64,000 nucleotides of DNA from Thiobacillaceae bacterium. GTDB lineage: Bacteria; Pseudomonadota; Gammaproteobacteria; Burkholderiales; Thiobacillaceae. Within the stretch, counting starts at the first letter, position 1. Each line of letters opens with the position of its first letter. The notes under the pieces were generated by a model. The model searched no databases. It saw only the letters and a program-made list of their open reading frames with translations, and was not told the DNA's origin. The stretch is from assembly GCA_044227325.1 (NCBI GenBank), contig JBGAFI010000003.1, positions 45,252 through 109,251 of the forward strand, read 5' to 3'. Position numbers and translations under genes: made by a program. Shown one piece after another: positions 23,318-36,925 of the stretch.

Positions 23318-23626
23318 TCAGAACAGATTATCTTGCTGGGCCATGGCCTGATCAAGCAGGCCGATGAGACGGTCGATATGCTCGCGGTGCTCGCGCGTGT
23401 CCGGTTGGGCGGGGCGGGCGGCGAGAAAGTCGTGGGTGATGTTGAGGGCGGCCATGATGGCGATGCGTTCAAGGCCGATGACCTTGCCGCCGTCGCGGAT
23501 CTCGCGCATCTTGCGGTCCAGGTAGGTCACGGCCTGCAGCAGGCCTTCCCGCTCCTCCTCCGGGCAGGCCACGCGGAACTCGCGGCCCATGATGGCCACA
23601 TCCAGGCTGACATTGTTGGAGGCCAT
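23318..23626 (-). CDS. zapA: Cell division protein ZapA
   Basis: 102 aa with ...VAIMGREFRVACPEEEREGLLQAVTYLDRKMREIR... Confidence 0.9.
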   Translation of the reverse strand: MASNNVSLDVAIMGREFRVACPEEEREGLLQAVTYLDRKMREIRDGGKVIGLERIAIMAALNITHDFLAARPAQPDTREHREHIDRLIGLLDQAMAQQDNLF

Positions 23627-23629
23627 CGA

Positions 23630-23821
23630 TCAGTCCGGAATCTTGTTCAACAGGGTTTCCATGCGGGCGCGCGCTTCCTCGAGACGATCGGCGAGTTTCT
23701 TGTTGCTGCTTTCCAGGGAAACCACCTGCTGGCGCAGCTTGAGGTTCTCCTCGCGCATTGCCTGAAAGCGCTCCAACATCTGAGCGAGCTTGGTTTCCAG
23801 GGTGTCCAGTTCGGCCTGCAT
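23630..23821 (-). CDS. Small coiled-coil protein upstream of zapA (ZapB-like / TIGR02449-type)
   Basis: 63 aa starting from the internal Met: MQAELDTLETKLAQMLERFQAMREENLKLRQQ... It is all heptad coiled coil. Its stop is 4 nt from the zapA start. The track ORF extends to 23896. Confidence 0.65.
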   Translation of the reverse strand: MQAELDTLETKLAQMLERFQAMREENLKLRQQVVSLESSNKKLADRLEEARARMETLLNKIPD

Positions 23822-23894
23822 ATCGGCACTATAATTGCCGCCATTTTCTCGCGCAACAAAGGGTTTCGAGCCCACTCGCGATATCGCACCCTCC

Positions 23895-25643
<1,749 letters not shown>

Positions 25644-25724
25644 GCGGTTATCGCCGCTCGGCCGCGGCCGCCCTCCGCACCGTCTCCACGCGGCTCGCGC
25701 CGGGCGGGCAAGGCGAAACCTTCC

Positions 25725-25763
25725 CTCCCCTCCCAATCCTCCCCCGCTGGCGTGGGAGGGGAG
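25725..25763. terminator. GC-rich hairpin between convergent msbA and hemE (possible bidirectional terminator / REP-like element)
   Basis: Perfect 11-bp stem CTCCCCTCCCA / TGGGAGGGGAG with a 17-nt loop. There is no U-run. Confidence 0.4.
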
Positions 25764-25776
25764 CCATCAAGCAAAG

Positions 25777-26844
25777 CTACCCGGCGTGATAGGCGCGGCT
25801 GACTTCCCGCACGGTCTCCACCAATACGCTCACATTCTCCGGCGGGGTGAACTGGGAGATGCCGTGGCCCAGGTTGAACACGTGGCCACTGCCCGGCCCG
25901 TAGCTCGCGAGGATGGCCTTTGCCTCCGCCGCGACGGCTTCCGGCGTGGTGAGCAGGATGCCGGGGTCCATGTTGCCCTGCAACGCCACTTTGTCGCCCA
26001 CCCGGCGGCGGGCGTCGCCGATGTCGATGGTCCAATCCAGGCCGACGGCGTCGCAGCCACAGGCGGCGATGTGCTCCAGCCAGAGTCCGCCGCCCTTGGT
26101 GAAGACGATGCGGGGCACGCTGCGGCCTTCCCGGGTGCGGGTCAGGGCGGCCATGATGCGGGCCATGTAGGGCAGGGAGAATTCCAGATAGGCGGCCTGG
26201 GACAGCATGCCGCCCCAGGAATCGAACACCATCGCCGCCTGGGCGCCGGCCTCGATCTGGGCGTTGAGGTAATCGATGACGGCCTGGGTGGTGACTTCCA
26301 GGATGTGGTGCATGAGGTCGGGCCGGCTATACATCATGCGCTTGACCTGGGTGTAGCTGTCGCTGCCCTCCCCTTCGATCATGTAGCAGGACAGGGTGAA
26401 GGGGCTGCCGGAAAAGCCGATCAGGGGCACCGAGCCGTCCAGGGCGCGGCGGATTTCCGAGACGGCGTCGATGACGTAGCGCAGATGGTCGTGGGGGTCC
26501 GGCGCCTTCAGGTCGCGGATCGCCCATTCCTCCCGCAGCGGACGCTCGAACTTCGGCCCCTCGCCCTCGGCGAAATACAGGCCCAGGCCCATGGCATCCG
26601 GCACCGTCAGAATGTCAGAGAACAGAATCGCCGCGTCCAGGTCGTAGCGGGCCAGGGGTTGCAGCGTCACTTCGGTGGCCAGGGCGGGCGACTTGCACAG
26701 GTTCAGGAAGCTGCCGGCGCGGGCGCGGGTCGCGCAGTATTCCGGCAGATAGCGGCCGGCCTGGCGCATCAGCCAGGAAGGCGTGTATTCGGTGGGTTGC
26801 CGCAGCAGGGCGCGCAGGAAGGTATCGTTCTTCAGGGTTGTCAT
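25777..26844 (-). CDS. hemE: Uroporphyrinogen decarboxylase
   Basis: 355 aa. N-terminus [36 protein letters not shown] is canonical HemE. Confidence 0.95.
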   Translation of the reverse strand: MTTLKNDTFLRALLRQPTEYTPSWLMRQAGRYLPEYCATRARAGSFLNLCKSPALATEVTLQPLARYDLDAAILFSDILTVPDAMGLGLYFAEGEGPKFERPLREEWAIRDLKAPDPHDHLRYVIDAVSEIRRALDGSVPLIGFSGSPFTLSCYMIEGEGSDSYTQVKRMMYSRPDLMHHILEVTTQAVIDYLNAQIEAGAQAAMVFDSWGGMLSQAAYLEFSLPYMARIMAALTRTREGRSVPRIVFTKGGGLWLEHIAACGCDAVGLDWTIDIGDARRRVGDKVALQGNMDPGILLTTPEAVAAEAKAILASYGPGSGHVFNLGHGISQFTPPENVSVLVETVREVSRAYHAG

Positions 26845-26869
26845 GGTCGGTGCCGTCTGGGTAACCGCG

Positions 26870-28897
26870 TCATTCTACCGGGGTCTTTTCCACGGGGCTC
26901 GCGCCCGGATAGCGGATTCCCTCCACCAGGGCGCGGATCGCCGCGTCGGGCTTGGGCGTGGCGAGGCTGACCAGGACGATGGTCAGCATGCCCATCGGAA
27001 TGCCGAACACGCCCGCGGAGATGTCGGTGATGCCCCACCATTTCTCCATGTCGAAGAACTTCACGCCGAGCAGGTAATAGAGGGTGGTGCCCAGGCCCGC
27101 GAGCATGCCGGCCACCGCGCCCTGGCGCGTGGCGCGGCGCCAGAAGATGCCCAGCACCAGTGCCGGGAAGAAGCAGGCGCCGGCGATGGAGAAGGCCCAG
27201 GCGACCATGGAGAGGATGGTGTCGGGGCGCAGGGAGGCGGCCCAGGCGGCGATCACCGCGACCACGAGCAGCAGGGATTTGGAGATGGCGACCCGGCGCG
27301 CGGTGGAGGCGGCGGGGTCGATCATGCGGAAATAGACGTCGTGGGACAGGGCGTTGGCGATGGTCAGCAACAGGCCGTCGGCGGTGGACAGGGCCGCCGC
27401 GAGGCCGCCCGCCGCGACCAGCCCGGCGACCACATAGGGCAGGCCGGCGATCTCCGGCGTGGCGAGCACGATGACGTCCGGGTCCAGGGTCAGTTCCGCG
27501 AGTTGCAGGATGCCGTCCCGGTTGATGTCCTCCACCGCGACTAGGCCCACGCGGCTCCAGGACGCCACCCAGGACGGCAGTTCGGCGATGGCGGTGCCGA
27601 TGACGTTGGTGTAGACCTCGTATTTCGCGAACACCGCGTAGGCCGGCGCGGTGAAGTACAGCAGGAAGATGAAGAACAGGGACCAGAACACGGATTCCCG
27701 CGCCTCCCGCACCGAGGGCGTGGTGTAGTAGCGCATCAGCACATGGGGCAGCGCCGCCGTGCCCACCATGAGGCAGAAGGTGAGGGCGAGGAAATTCAGG
27801 CGCGCCTCGTTGCGCTGGGCTTCGTTCGCGCCGGGGAAGGCCTCGGCATGGGGCGCGGGCGGCTGGGCCTTCTCCTGGGCGCTCCGCATGTCCCTTTGCC
27901 ATTGGCCGCGCTGGTCCGGCGACGCCGCCGGCGTGTCGCGCAGGCGCGCCTCCAAGTCCACGGCGCGTTGCGCGTAGGCCGCGCGCGCCTCGCCCTGGGC
28001 CGGGTCGGCCTGGAGCACCCGTTCCCGCTCCGCCAGATCCTGCATCACCGTGCCATACACCAGTTGCGGCACCGGCACGCTGGTGATCTTGTAGGACATG
28101 AACACCACCGGCACCAGGTAGGCGATGATCAGAATGATGTACTGGGCCACCTGGGTCCAGGTCACCGCGCGCATGCCGCCCAGGAAGGAGCACACCAGGA
28201 TGCCGGCCAGCCCGACGAACACGCCGGTCTCGAAGGCGATGCCGAGGAAGCGGCTGGTGATGATGCCGACCCCGTAGATCTGGGCCGTGACATAGGTGAA
28301 GGAGGCGAGGATCGCCCCCGCGACGGCGATGGAACGGGCCAGGTTGCCGCCGTAGCGGGCGCCGATGAAATCCGGGATGGTGAACTGGCCGAACTTGCGC
28401 AGATAGGGCGCCAGCAGCAGCGCCACCAGCACGTAGCCGCCGGTCCAGCCCATGACGAAGGCGAGGCCGTCGTAGCCCTTGGCGTAGAGGGTGCCGGCCA
28501 GGCCGATGAAGGAGGCCGCGCTCATCCAGTCCGCCGCCGTCGCCATGCCGTTGTAGATCGCCGGCACGCGCCGGCCGGCCACGTAGAACTCGTCCACGTC
28601 GGAGGTGCGGCAGATGAAGCCGATGCCCGCGTAGAGGGAGATGGTCGCGGCCATGAACACCCAGCCGATCCACTTCTCCGGCAGGCCCATGAACTCCGCC
28701 ACCGCCAGCGTGAACAGGAACAGGACGAAGCTGCCGGTATAGAAGCTGTAGTAGCGGAACAGGTTGCGGAGGTAGACCTTCTTCACCCGCTGGGACTCGC
28801 ATCGGCCGGGAAATGCCCGGGATTGTAGATCGCCATGGCCCCGGGGATGCGCTGGGCAGCCGCTTATTGTCACTGTGAACGAGGTGAAGCGGTCCAT
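26870..28897 (-). CDS. Sodium:solute symporter family protein (ActP / VC_2705-like large subunit)
   Basis: SSS signature ...[32 protein letters not shown]..., with a long charged cytoplasmic insertion. The start is uncertain: the N-terminal ~37 aa of the ORF look non-native, and an in-frame GTG lies near 28786. Confidence 0.8.
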   Translation of the reverse strand: MDRFTSFTVTISGCPAHPRGHGDLQSRAFPGRCESQRVKKVYLRNLFRYYSFYTGSFVLFLFTLAVAEFMGLPEKWIGWVFMAATISLYAGIGFICRTSDVDEFYVAGRRVPAIYNGMATAADWMSAASFIGLAGTLYAKGYDGLAFVMGWTGGYVLVALLLAPYLRKFGQFTIPDFIGARYGGNLARSIAVAGAILASFTYVTAQIYGVGIITSRFLGIAFETGVFVGLAGILVCSFLGGMRAVTWTQVAQYIILIIAYLVPVVFMSYKITSVPVPQLVYGTVMQDLAERERVLQADPAQGEARAAYAQRAVDLEARLRDTPAASPDQRGQWQRDMRSAQEKAQPPAPHAEAFPGANEAQRNEARLNFLALTFCLMVGTAALPHVLMRYYTTPSVREARESVFWSLFFIFLLYFTAPAYAVFAKYEVYTNVIGTAIAELPSWVASWSRVGLVAVEDINRDGILQLAELTLDPDVIVLATPEIAGLPYVVAGLVAAGGLAAALSTADGLLLTIANALSHDVYFRMIDPAASTARRVAISKSLLLVVAVIAAWAASLRPDTILSMVAWAFSIAGACFFPALVLGIFWRRATRQGAVAGMLAGLGTTLYYLLGVKFFDMEKWWGITDISAGVFGIPMGMLTIVLVSLATPKPDAAIRALVEGIRYPGASPVEKTPVE

Positions 28898-28963
28898 GGG
28901 GCGGGCGGGACGGCAAACTGCCGGATCGCCGCGCCGCTTCTCGCCGCGCGCCGACGGTGTTTT

Positions 28964-31657
<2,694 letters not shown>

Positions 31658-31669
31658 GATCAGGCTTCC

Positions 31670-31698
31670 AAAAAAAAGCAGGCGACCGGAGTCGCCTG
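31670..31698 (-). terminator. Intrinsic terminator between the ArsB/NhaD-like gene and the P-type ATPase
   Basis: Minus strand reads CAGGCGAC-UCCG-GUCGCCUG followed by 8 U. The U-run ends about 12 nt before the ATPase ATG, right at its GGAAG RBS. Confidence 0.7.
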
Positions 31699-31776
31699 TA
31701 AAGCTGCTATCGCTCGTGCGCAGCTAAGCCCTGCTCAAGGGACTCGTAAAATCAGTCTAGCCGTTGGCCACCCCGC

Positions 31777-33117
31777 TCATAGATAGCGCCAGCCCACGTA
31801 CAGGCTGGACACCAGGATGCTCATCAACATGAGCGGGAAGGCCGCCAACATGAACGGCAGGAAACGGATGGGGTGGCCGGCGCGCTCGGCGAAGCCGGCC
31901 ACCACCAGGTTCGCGGAGGCGCCCACCAGGCTGCCGTTGCCGCCCAGGCAGGCGCCCAGGGCCAGGGACCACCAGAGGACATTGAGGTTTTCCGCGCCCA
32001 CCACCGGGCCCAGGTTCTGGATCACGGGAATCATGGTGGCGACGAAGGGGATGTTGTCCACCACTGCGGAGATGATCGCCGAGGCCCAGAGGATCAGGTA
32101 GGCGGTGCCGGCCAGTTCGCCACCGGTGAAGGCCACCAACTGTTCGGCCAGGATCTTCAGGGCGCCGGCTTTTTCCACGCCGGTCACCACCACGAACAGG
32201 CCGATGAAGAAGAAGATGGTGACCCATTCCACCTCGGCGAAGCTCTTGTGCACCTGCTCCGACTGGTGTTCCGCGTCCTGGCCGAAGGCGCGCAGCAGCA
32301 GCAGCAGGGCGGCGCCGGTCATGGCCACGGTGGCGGGCTCCAGACCCAGGTTGTGGGCGAAGACGAATCCGGAGATGGTGAGGGCGATGACCGCCAGGGA
32401 CTGCTTCAGCAGTTTCATGTCGGTGATGGCGGCGCGCTCGTCGAAGGCCATGACCTGGGCGCGCAGTTCCAGGCTGGCGCTGAGTTTGCGGCCCCAGAAC
32501 CACCAGAACGGGATCAGGGTCAGCCCCAGCACCACCAGGGCCACGGGCGCCAGGTTGAAGACGAAGTCGTTGAAGGTGAGCCCCACCGCCGAGCCGATCA
32601 TGATGTTGGGCGGATCGCCGATCAGGGTCGCGGTGCCGCCGACGTTCGAGGCGAAGATGATGGCGAACATGAAGGGATAGGGACTCAGACGCAGGGCGTC
32701 GGTGATCAGCAGCGCGACCGGCGCCACCAGCAGGACCGTGGTGACGTTGTCGAGCAGGGCGGAGAACAGGGCGGTGACCAGGGCCAGCATGACCATCAGG
32801 CCCCAGGGATCGGCCTTGACCAGCTTCGCCGACTTCACCGCCACATACTGGAACACGCCGCTTTTCTGGGTGATGGCGACGATGACCATCATGCCGGTGA
32901 GCAGGCCGATGGTATTGAAATCGATGCCGGCGAAGGCCTCGTTCTGGTGCAACACGCCGGTCAGGATCATGACCCCGGCGCCAAGCAGGGCGATGATGGC
33001 CCGGTTGATGCGCTCGGTGACGATGACGGCGTAGGTCGCGACGAAGACGCTCAAGGCGACCACCAGGGGCGACCAGCCCAGGATGACTTGCCCGACATGG
33101 GATGCGGCGCCGTGCAT
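31777..33117 (-). CDS. ArsB/NhaD-superfamily anion/cation permease (YbiR-like)
   Basis: 446 aa polytopic protein with ...LLDNVTTVLLVAPV... and ...GGTATLIGDPPNIMIGS..., motifs typical of the ArsB/NhaD (CitMHS-related) family. Confidence 0.8.
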   Translation of the reverse strand: MHGAASHVGQVILGWSPLVVALSVFVATYAVIVTERINRAIIALLGAGVMILTGVLHQNEAFAGIDFNTIGLLTGMMVIVAITQKSGVFQYVAVKSAKLVKADPWGLMVMLALVTALFSALLDNVTTVLLVAPVALLITDALRLSPYPFMFAIIFASNVGGTATLIGDPPNIMIGSAVGLTFNDFVFNLAPVALVVLGLTLIPFWWFWGRKLSASLELRAQVMAFDERAAITDMKLLKQSLAVIALTISGFVFAHNLGLEPATVAMTGAALLLLLRAFGQDAEHQSEQVHKSFAEVEWVTIFFFIGLFVVVTGVEKAGALKILAEQLVAFTGGELAGTAYLILWASAIISAVVDNIPFVATMIPVIQNLGPVVGAENLNVLWWSLALGACLGGNGSLVGASANLVVAGFAERAGHPIRFLPFMLAAFPLMLMSILVSSLYVGWRYL

Positions 33118-33118
33118 C

Positions 33119-33583
33119 TCAGTTCGTCTCCGCCTCGTTGGCCAGGTAGGCCAGCATGGAGCGGGCGCTCAGCACGCCCGCCAGGAAACCGTCGGCATCC
33201 AGCACCGGCAAGGGGCCCTGGCTGCGCGACAACATCAGGGCGGACTCCATGATCGGCGTGTTGGTGCGCAGCACGGCGCCGGAAGCCTCCACCAGCGAAG
33301 CGGCGGGGAAAGCGGCGATTTCCCGGAAATGGGACAGGAGCATGGGCAGGGCGTCACCCGCGAAGGCGAGGTCGTCCAGGCCGTGGGACATCCGCGCCGA
33401 GGCCGGGACGACACGGCGCAACAGGCTCTGAACGCTGACCAGACCGGCGAAACGGCCATCCTTCCCGCGCAGCGCCACGTGGTTGATGCGCTGTTCCAGC
33501 ATGTGGCGCAGCACCTCGCGCGCCGAGGTATCGGCGGAGATGCTGAGGGGTGACGGCCCGAAAGCCAGCGCGCGCAGGGTCAT
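33119..33583 (-). CDS. CBS-domain pair protein
   Basis: About 154 aa starting from the internal Met MTLRAL. It has two CBS-like units (...INHVALRGKDGRFAGLVS..., ...PLPVLDADGFLAGVLS...). Its stop is 1 nt from the permease start. Confidence 0.7.
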   Translation of the reverse strand: MTLRALAFGPSPLSISADTSAREVLRHMLEQRINHVALRGKDGRFAGLVSVQSLLRRVVPASARMSHGLDDLAFAGDALPMLLSHFREIAAFPAASLVEASGAVLRTNTPIMESALMLSRSQGPLPVLDADGFLAGVLSARSMLAYLANEAETN

Positions 33584-33690
33584 GGCTGAAAATTTTAGGA
33601 ATGTCGGAAAATGGTAGGCGTCCAAATCCGAATAAGAATTGGCGACCGCGCGTAAGGGGAATACTTACAAAGCGATGGCGCAGTCCTGGA

Positions 33691-34899
33691 TCAGGTGGAC
33701 AAAGCCCCGCCCCAGCGCCGATACATCCATTTCATGACAAAGGGCGGCAGCAGGGTGGTGAGGGCGATGACGATCACCATGCCCGCGTAGACCTGGTTGT
33801 CGAGTATCCCGCCGGCGCGGCCCAGCTCGGCAAAGATCAGTCCCACCTCGCCGCGCGGAATCATGGCGGTGCCGATGATGAAGCGGGTAGGCCAGTTTTC
33901 CCGGATCAACATGGCGCCGATCAGCTTGCCCAGCACCGCCGCCGCCAGCAGGGAGAGGGACAGCGCCCAGATGAAGCCCGAACTCCAGTCCACCTTGCGC
34001 AGGTTGAGGGAAAGCCCCACCATGACGAAAAAGATGGGCGTGAACAGATGGACGATGGGCTTCATCTGGTGTTCCACCCGCTCGGCGAAGGCCGGGTCGG
34101 CGTGCAGCGCGGCGCCGAAGGGCAGGAAGAAGCGGCGCGACAGGGCGAGGCCGGCGGCGAAGCCGCCCAGCAGTTCCGGCGCGCCGACCGCATGGGCCAG
34201 CCAGGCGAAGAACAGCACCAGCGAGACCATGGTGGTGGGAACCAGGCCCGGCACCTCGCTGATCGCGTCGAAGCGCTTGATGACCACCGAGATCAGCTTG
34301 GCCGCCGGGGCGGCCAACACGAAGAACAGGCCGACGAACAGCAGCACCTTGCCCACGTTGACCAGGCTCACGCCGCCGCCGATGGAGAACTCGTACAACA
34401 GCGCCAGCAGCATGACCCCCAGCACGTCGTCCAGCACCGCCGCGCCCAGCACGATGCGCCCCTCGCCGCTGTCCTGGCGTTTCAGGTCGGTCAGGACGCG
34501 CACGGTGATGCCGATGCTGGTGGCGGTCAGGGTGCCGCCGATGAACAGGGCGGGCAGCAGGGGCAGGCCGAGCAACTGGTGGGCGATGGCGAAGCCGAAC
34601 AGGAAGGGCAGCACGAAGCCGGCGATGGCGACGATGCCGGCGCGGCCGCCGGTGCGCGCGAGCGCGCGCACGTCGGTCTCCAGGCCCACCTCGAACAACA
34701 AGAGGATGATGCCGATCTCGGCCAGCAGGCGGATGATCTCGCCGGGTTCCAGCCAGCCGAACAGACTGGGGCCCAGCACCACGCCGGCGAGCAGCTCGCC
34801 GATGACGGATGGGGATTTGAAGCGGGTGGCCAGCTCCGCGAAGACGCGGGCCGCCAGCAGGATCAGCAGCAGCTGCAGCAGGTAGTCGGGTGCTTGCAT
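33691..34899 (-). CDS. Cation:proton antiporter (CPA2/Kef-type membrane domain)
   Basis: 402 aa with ...LAARVFAELATRFKSPSVIGELLAGVVLGPS..., the canonical Na_H_Exchanger N-terminus. No KTN/RCK domain. Confidence 0.85.
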   Translation of the reverse strand: MQAPDYLLQLLLILLAARVFAELATRFKSPSVIGELLAGVVLGPSLFGWLEPGEIIRLLAEIGIILLLFEVGLETDVRALARTGGRAGIVAIAGFVLPFLFGFAIAHQLLGLPLLPALFIGGTLTATSIGITVRVLTDLKRQDSGEGRIVLGAAVLDDVLGVMLLALLYEFSIGGGVSLVNVGKVLLFVGLFFVLAAPAAKLISVVIKRFDAISEVPGLVPTTMVSLVLFFAWLAHAVGAPELLGGFAAGLALSRRFFLPFGAALHADPAFAERVEHQMKPIVHLFTPIFFVMVGLSLNLRKVDWSSGFIWALSLSLLAAAVLGKLIGAMLIRENWPTRFIIGTAMIPRGEVGLIFAELGRAGGILDNQVYAGMVIVIALTTLLPPFVMKWMYRRWGGALST

Positions 34900-34930
34900 C
34901 GGCGAGCCGGTGTGGCCGTCGCTTCAGTGG

Positions 34931-35599
34931 CTAGTTTTTCTTCGACCAGTCCTTGATGCGTTCCGCGGCCCAGTCCCGCCCGCCCAGGCCGAACGCCAGG
35001 GCGAGGGCCAGCACGACGCCGCCGAAGACGATGGCGAAGGCGACGGTGAGCATGGTCGTGCCGATCTCCAACTGCTCCAAGGCCAGGAACAGGGCAAAGA
35101 TCTGCACCGCGTACTCGCTGCCGGTGCTGACGGTCAGGGCGCCGGGAAACTTGTTGTTGTTGAGCCAGGTGAAGACCAGACGGTTGATCAGCCGGGCGAA
35201 CAGCGTGCCGAACACCAGGATGAGGACGGCGATCACCACCTTGGGCAGATAGAGGATGACCTTGTTGGCCAGGCCGGCCACGGAGTCCAGGCCCAGGCTG
35301 TTGGCGGCGGACACGGCGACCACCAGCAGCACCAGCCAGTAGGTGGTGCCGGCGATGATGCCGGCCAGGGAAAGATCGACGCCGCCTTGCCGGATCAGGG
35401 CTTCCAGGCCGGATTTTTCCGCCATCGCGCCAAAGCCGAGGGCTTCCAGGCCTCGCTTGACGCCCGCGCGCAGAACGCGCGCCAGCAGCCAGCCCATGAG
35501 CAACAGAAGCAGGGCCGCCAGCAGTTTCGGCATGAACAGGGCGATCTGCCCCCAGAAGGTTTGCAGGGAGGTCAGGAAAAGATCGATCTGGGTGTCCAT
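34931..35599 (-). CDS. Small membrane protein with 'conserved TM helix' repeats (MscS-N-terminal-like)
   Basis: 222 aa with repeated amphipathic TM units (LPKLLAALLLLLMGWLLARVL..., LPKVVIAVLILVFGTLFARLI...). The functional call is tentative. Confidence 0.6.
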   Translation of the reverse strand: MDTQIDLFLTSLQTFWGQIALFMPKLLAALLLLLMGWLLARVLRAGVKRGLEALGFGAMAEKSGLEALIRQGGVDLSLAGIIAGTTYWLVLLVVAVSAANSLGLDSVAGLANKVILYLPKVVIAVLILVFGTLFARLINRLVFTWLNNNKFPGALTVSTGSEYAVQIFALFLALEQLEIGTTMLTVAFAIVFGGVVLALALAFGLGGRDWAAERIKDWSKKN

Positions 35600-35608
35600 G
35601 GCGGCCTC

Positions 35609-36223
35609 TTAAAAAGACGGGGAACGCGGATTCGTGGCGCTCGGGCCGGCAGGCGCCGACGTGCCGGGCGCGGCGGCGGGCGCCTGGCCGCCGGGGCGCA
35701 GCAGGTCGGCCATGGGTTGCAGGGCGGCGCGTTCCTCCCGGAACGGCAGGTGCTGGATCAGGTCGCCCATGGACTGGACCAGTTTGACCAGGGAATCGTC
35801 GGGCAGGCGGCCCATGGCGGCCTTGAGCACGCCTTGCCCGTATTGGGGCGAGGCGTCGGCGATGCGCTGGCCGTCGAAGGTGGGGAAGTAGACCGCGGGG
35901 TTTTCCGCCCCGCCCTCGGTGGACTGTTTCACCAGGCCGCGATTGATCAAGCCCTCGAGCAAGGCCTCGGCGCTGGTGCGCGGCAAGGCCAGGGATTTGG
36001 CCAGATCCACCGTGCGCAGCCCGGGGGTCTGCGTCAGTTCCCACAGCGCCCAGAGTTCGACGGCGCTGATGCCGTGGCGCGACTCGACCCATTCGGAGTG
36101 CCGCCGCACGGCATCCAGGGTCATGCGGAACATCTTGAGCGCGGCGAGTATGGCTTCCTTGCGGCGCGCCCAGGCCACATCGGTATCTTGGGAGGGGTCG
36201 AGAAAGTGTTTGTTGGCATCCAT
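35609..36223 (-). CDS. MarR-family transcriptional regulator
   Basis: 204 aa with a winged-HTH region ...GISAVELWALWELTQTPGLRTVDLAKSLALPRTSAEALLEGLINRGLV... and a Pro/Ala-rich C-terminal tail. Confidence 0.75.
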   Translation of the reverse strand: MDANKHFLDPSQDTDVAWARRKEAILAALKMFRMTLDAVRRHSEWVESRHGISAVELWALWELTQTPGLRTVDLAKSLALPRTSAEALLEGLINRGLVKQSTEGGAENPAVYFPTFDGQRIADASPQYGQGVLKAAMGRLPDDSLVKLVQSMGDLIQHLPFREERAALQPMADLLRPGGQAPAAAPGTSAPAGPSATNPRSPSF

Positions 36224-36319
36224 GACCGGGCATTGTCGATGGATGGAGTCGGAATTAAATTGGCTTAGTCACGTAAGGGGATCACGTACGCGGCTTGACC
36301 GGCGCGGTGGTTCCGTCGC

Positions 36320-36925
36320 CTAGCCGGCGCCCTCGAGGCACATGCGCACCAGTTCCGGCACGCTGCGCGCCTGCATCTTTTCCATCATGCGGGATTTGAA
36401 CACTTCCACGGTGCGCGGGCTGATGCCCAGCAGGGCGGCGATTTCCCGGTTGGGCTTGCCGGCGACCACCAGGTCCATGACCTGCCGTTCCCTTTCCGAG
36501 AGGCGCTCCATGCGGGCGGCGAGTTCCGCCGAGCGGGACTGGACCGCGTACAGGCGGCTGTCGTGCACGATGGCCTCGTCCACGGCCGCGAGCAGCGCGG
36601 CTTCCTCATAGGGTTTTTCCAGGAAATCGATGGCGCCACCCTTCAGGGCGGCGCGGGCGTGGGCCAGATCGCCATGGCCGGTGAGGAAGACGATGGGCAG
36701 GGTGTTGCCGCGCTCGGCCAGGGCGCGCTGCAGGGCCAGGCCGTCCATGCCGCCCATGCGCAGATCCAGCAGCAGGCAGCCGCGCCAGTCGGGTTGCCAG
36801 GCTTGCAGGCAGTCTTCCGCGCTGGCGAAGGCGCGAGTGCGGTAGCCGCGGAAATTCAACAACAGGGCGAGGGAGTCGCGTACCGCTTCGTCGTCGTCGA
36901 CGATGGTGATGAGCACATCGGTCAT
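36320..36925 (-). CDS. FixJ/NarL(LuxR)-type response regulator
   Basis: Receiver domain (DDDEAVRDSL...LLLDLRMGGMDG...) plus a LuxR-type HTH (LSERERQVMDLVVAGKPNREIAALLGISPRTVEVFKSRMMEKM). Confidence 0.9.
   Translation of the reverse strand: MTDVLITIVDDDEAVRDSLALLLNFRGYRTRAFASAEDCLQAWQPDWRGCLLLDLRMGGMDGLALQRALAERGNTLPIVFLTGHGDLAHARAALKGGAIDFLEKPYEEAALLAAVDEAIVHDSRLYAVQSRSAELAARMERLSERERQVMDLVVAGKPNREIAALLGISPRTVEVFKSRMMEKMQARSVPELVRMCLEGAG

Noticed and set aside
31700-31776. An M-box or yybP-ykoY riboswitch upstream of the P-type ATPase.
   Set aside because: The available leader (~78 nt before the terminator) is too short for an M-box. I could not match the yybP-ykoY conserved segments by eye. 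Only the terminator is called.
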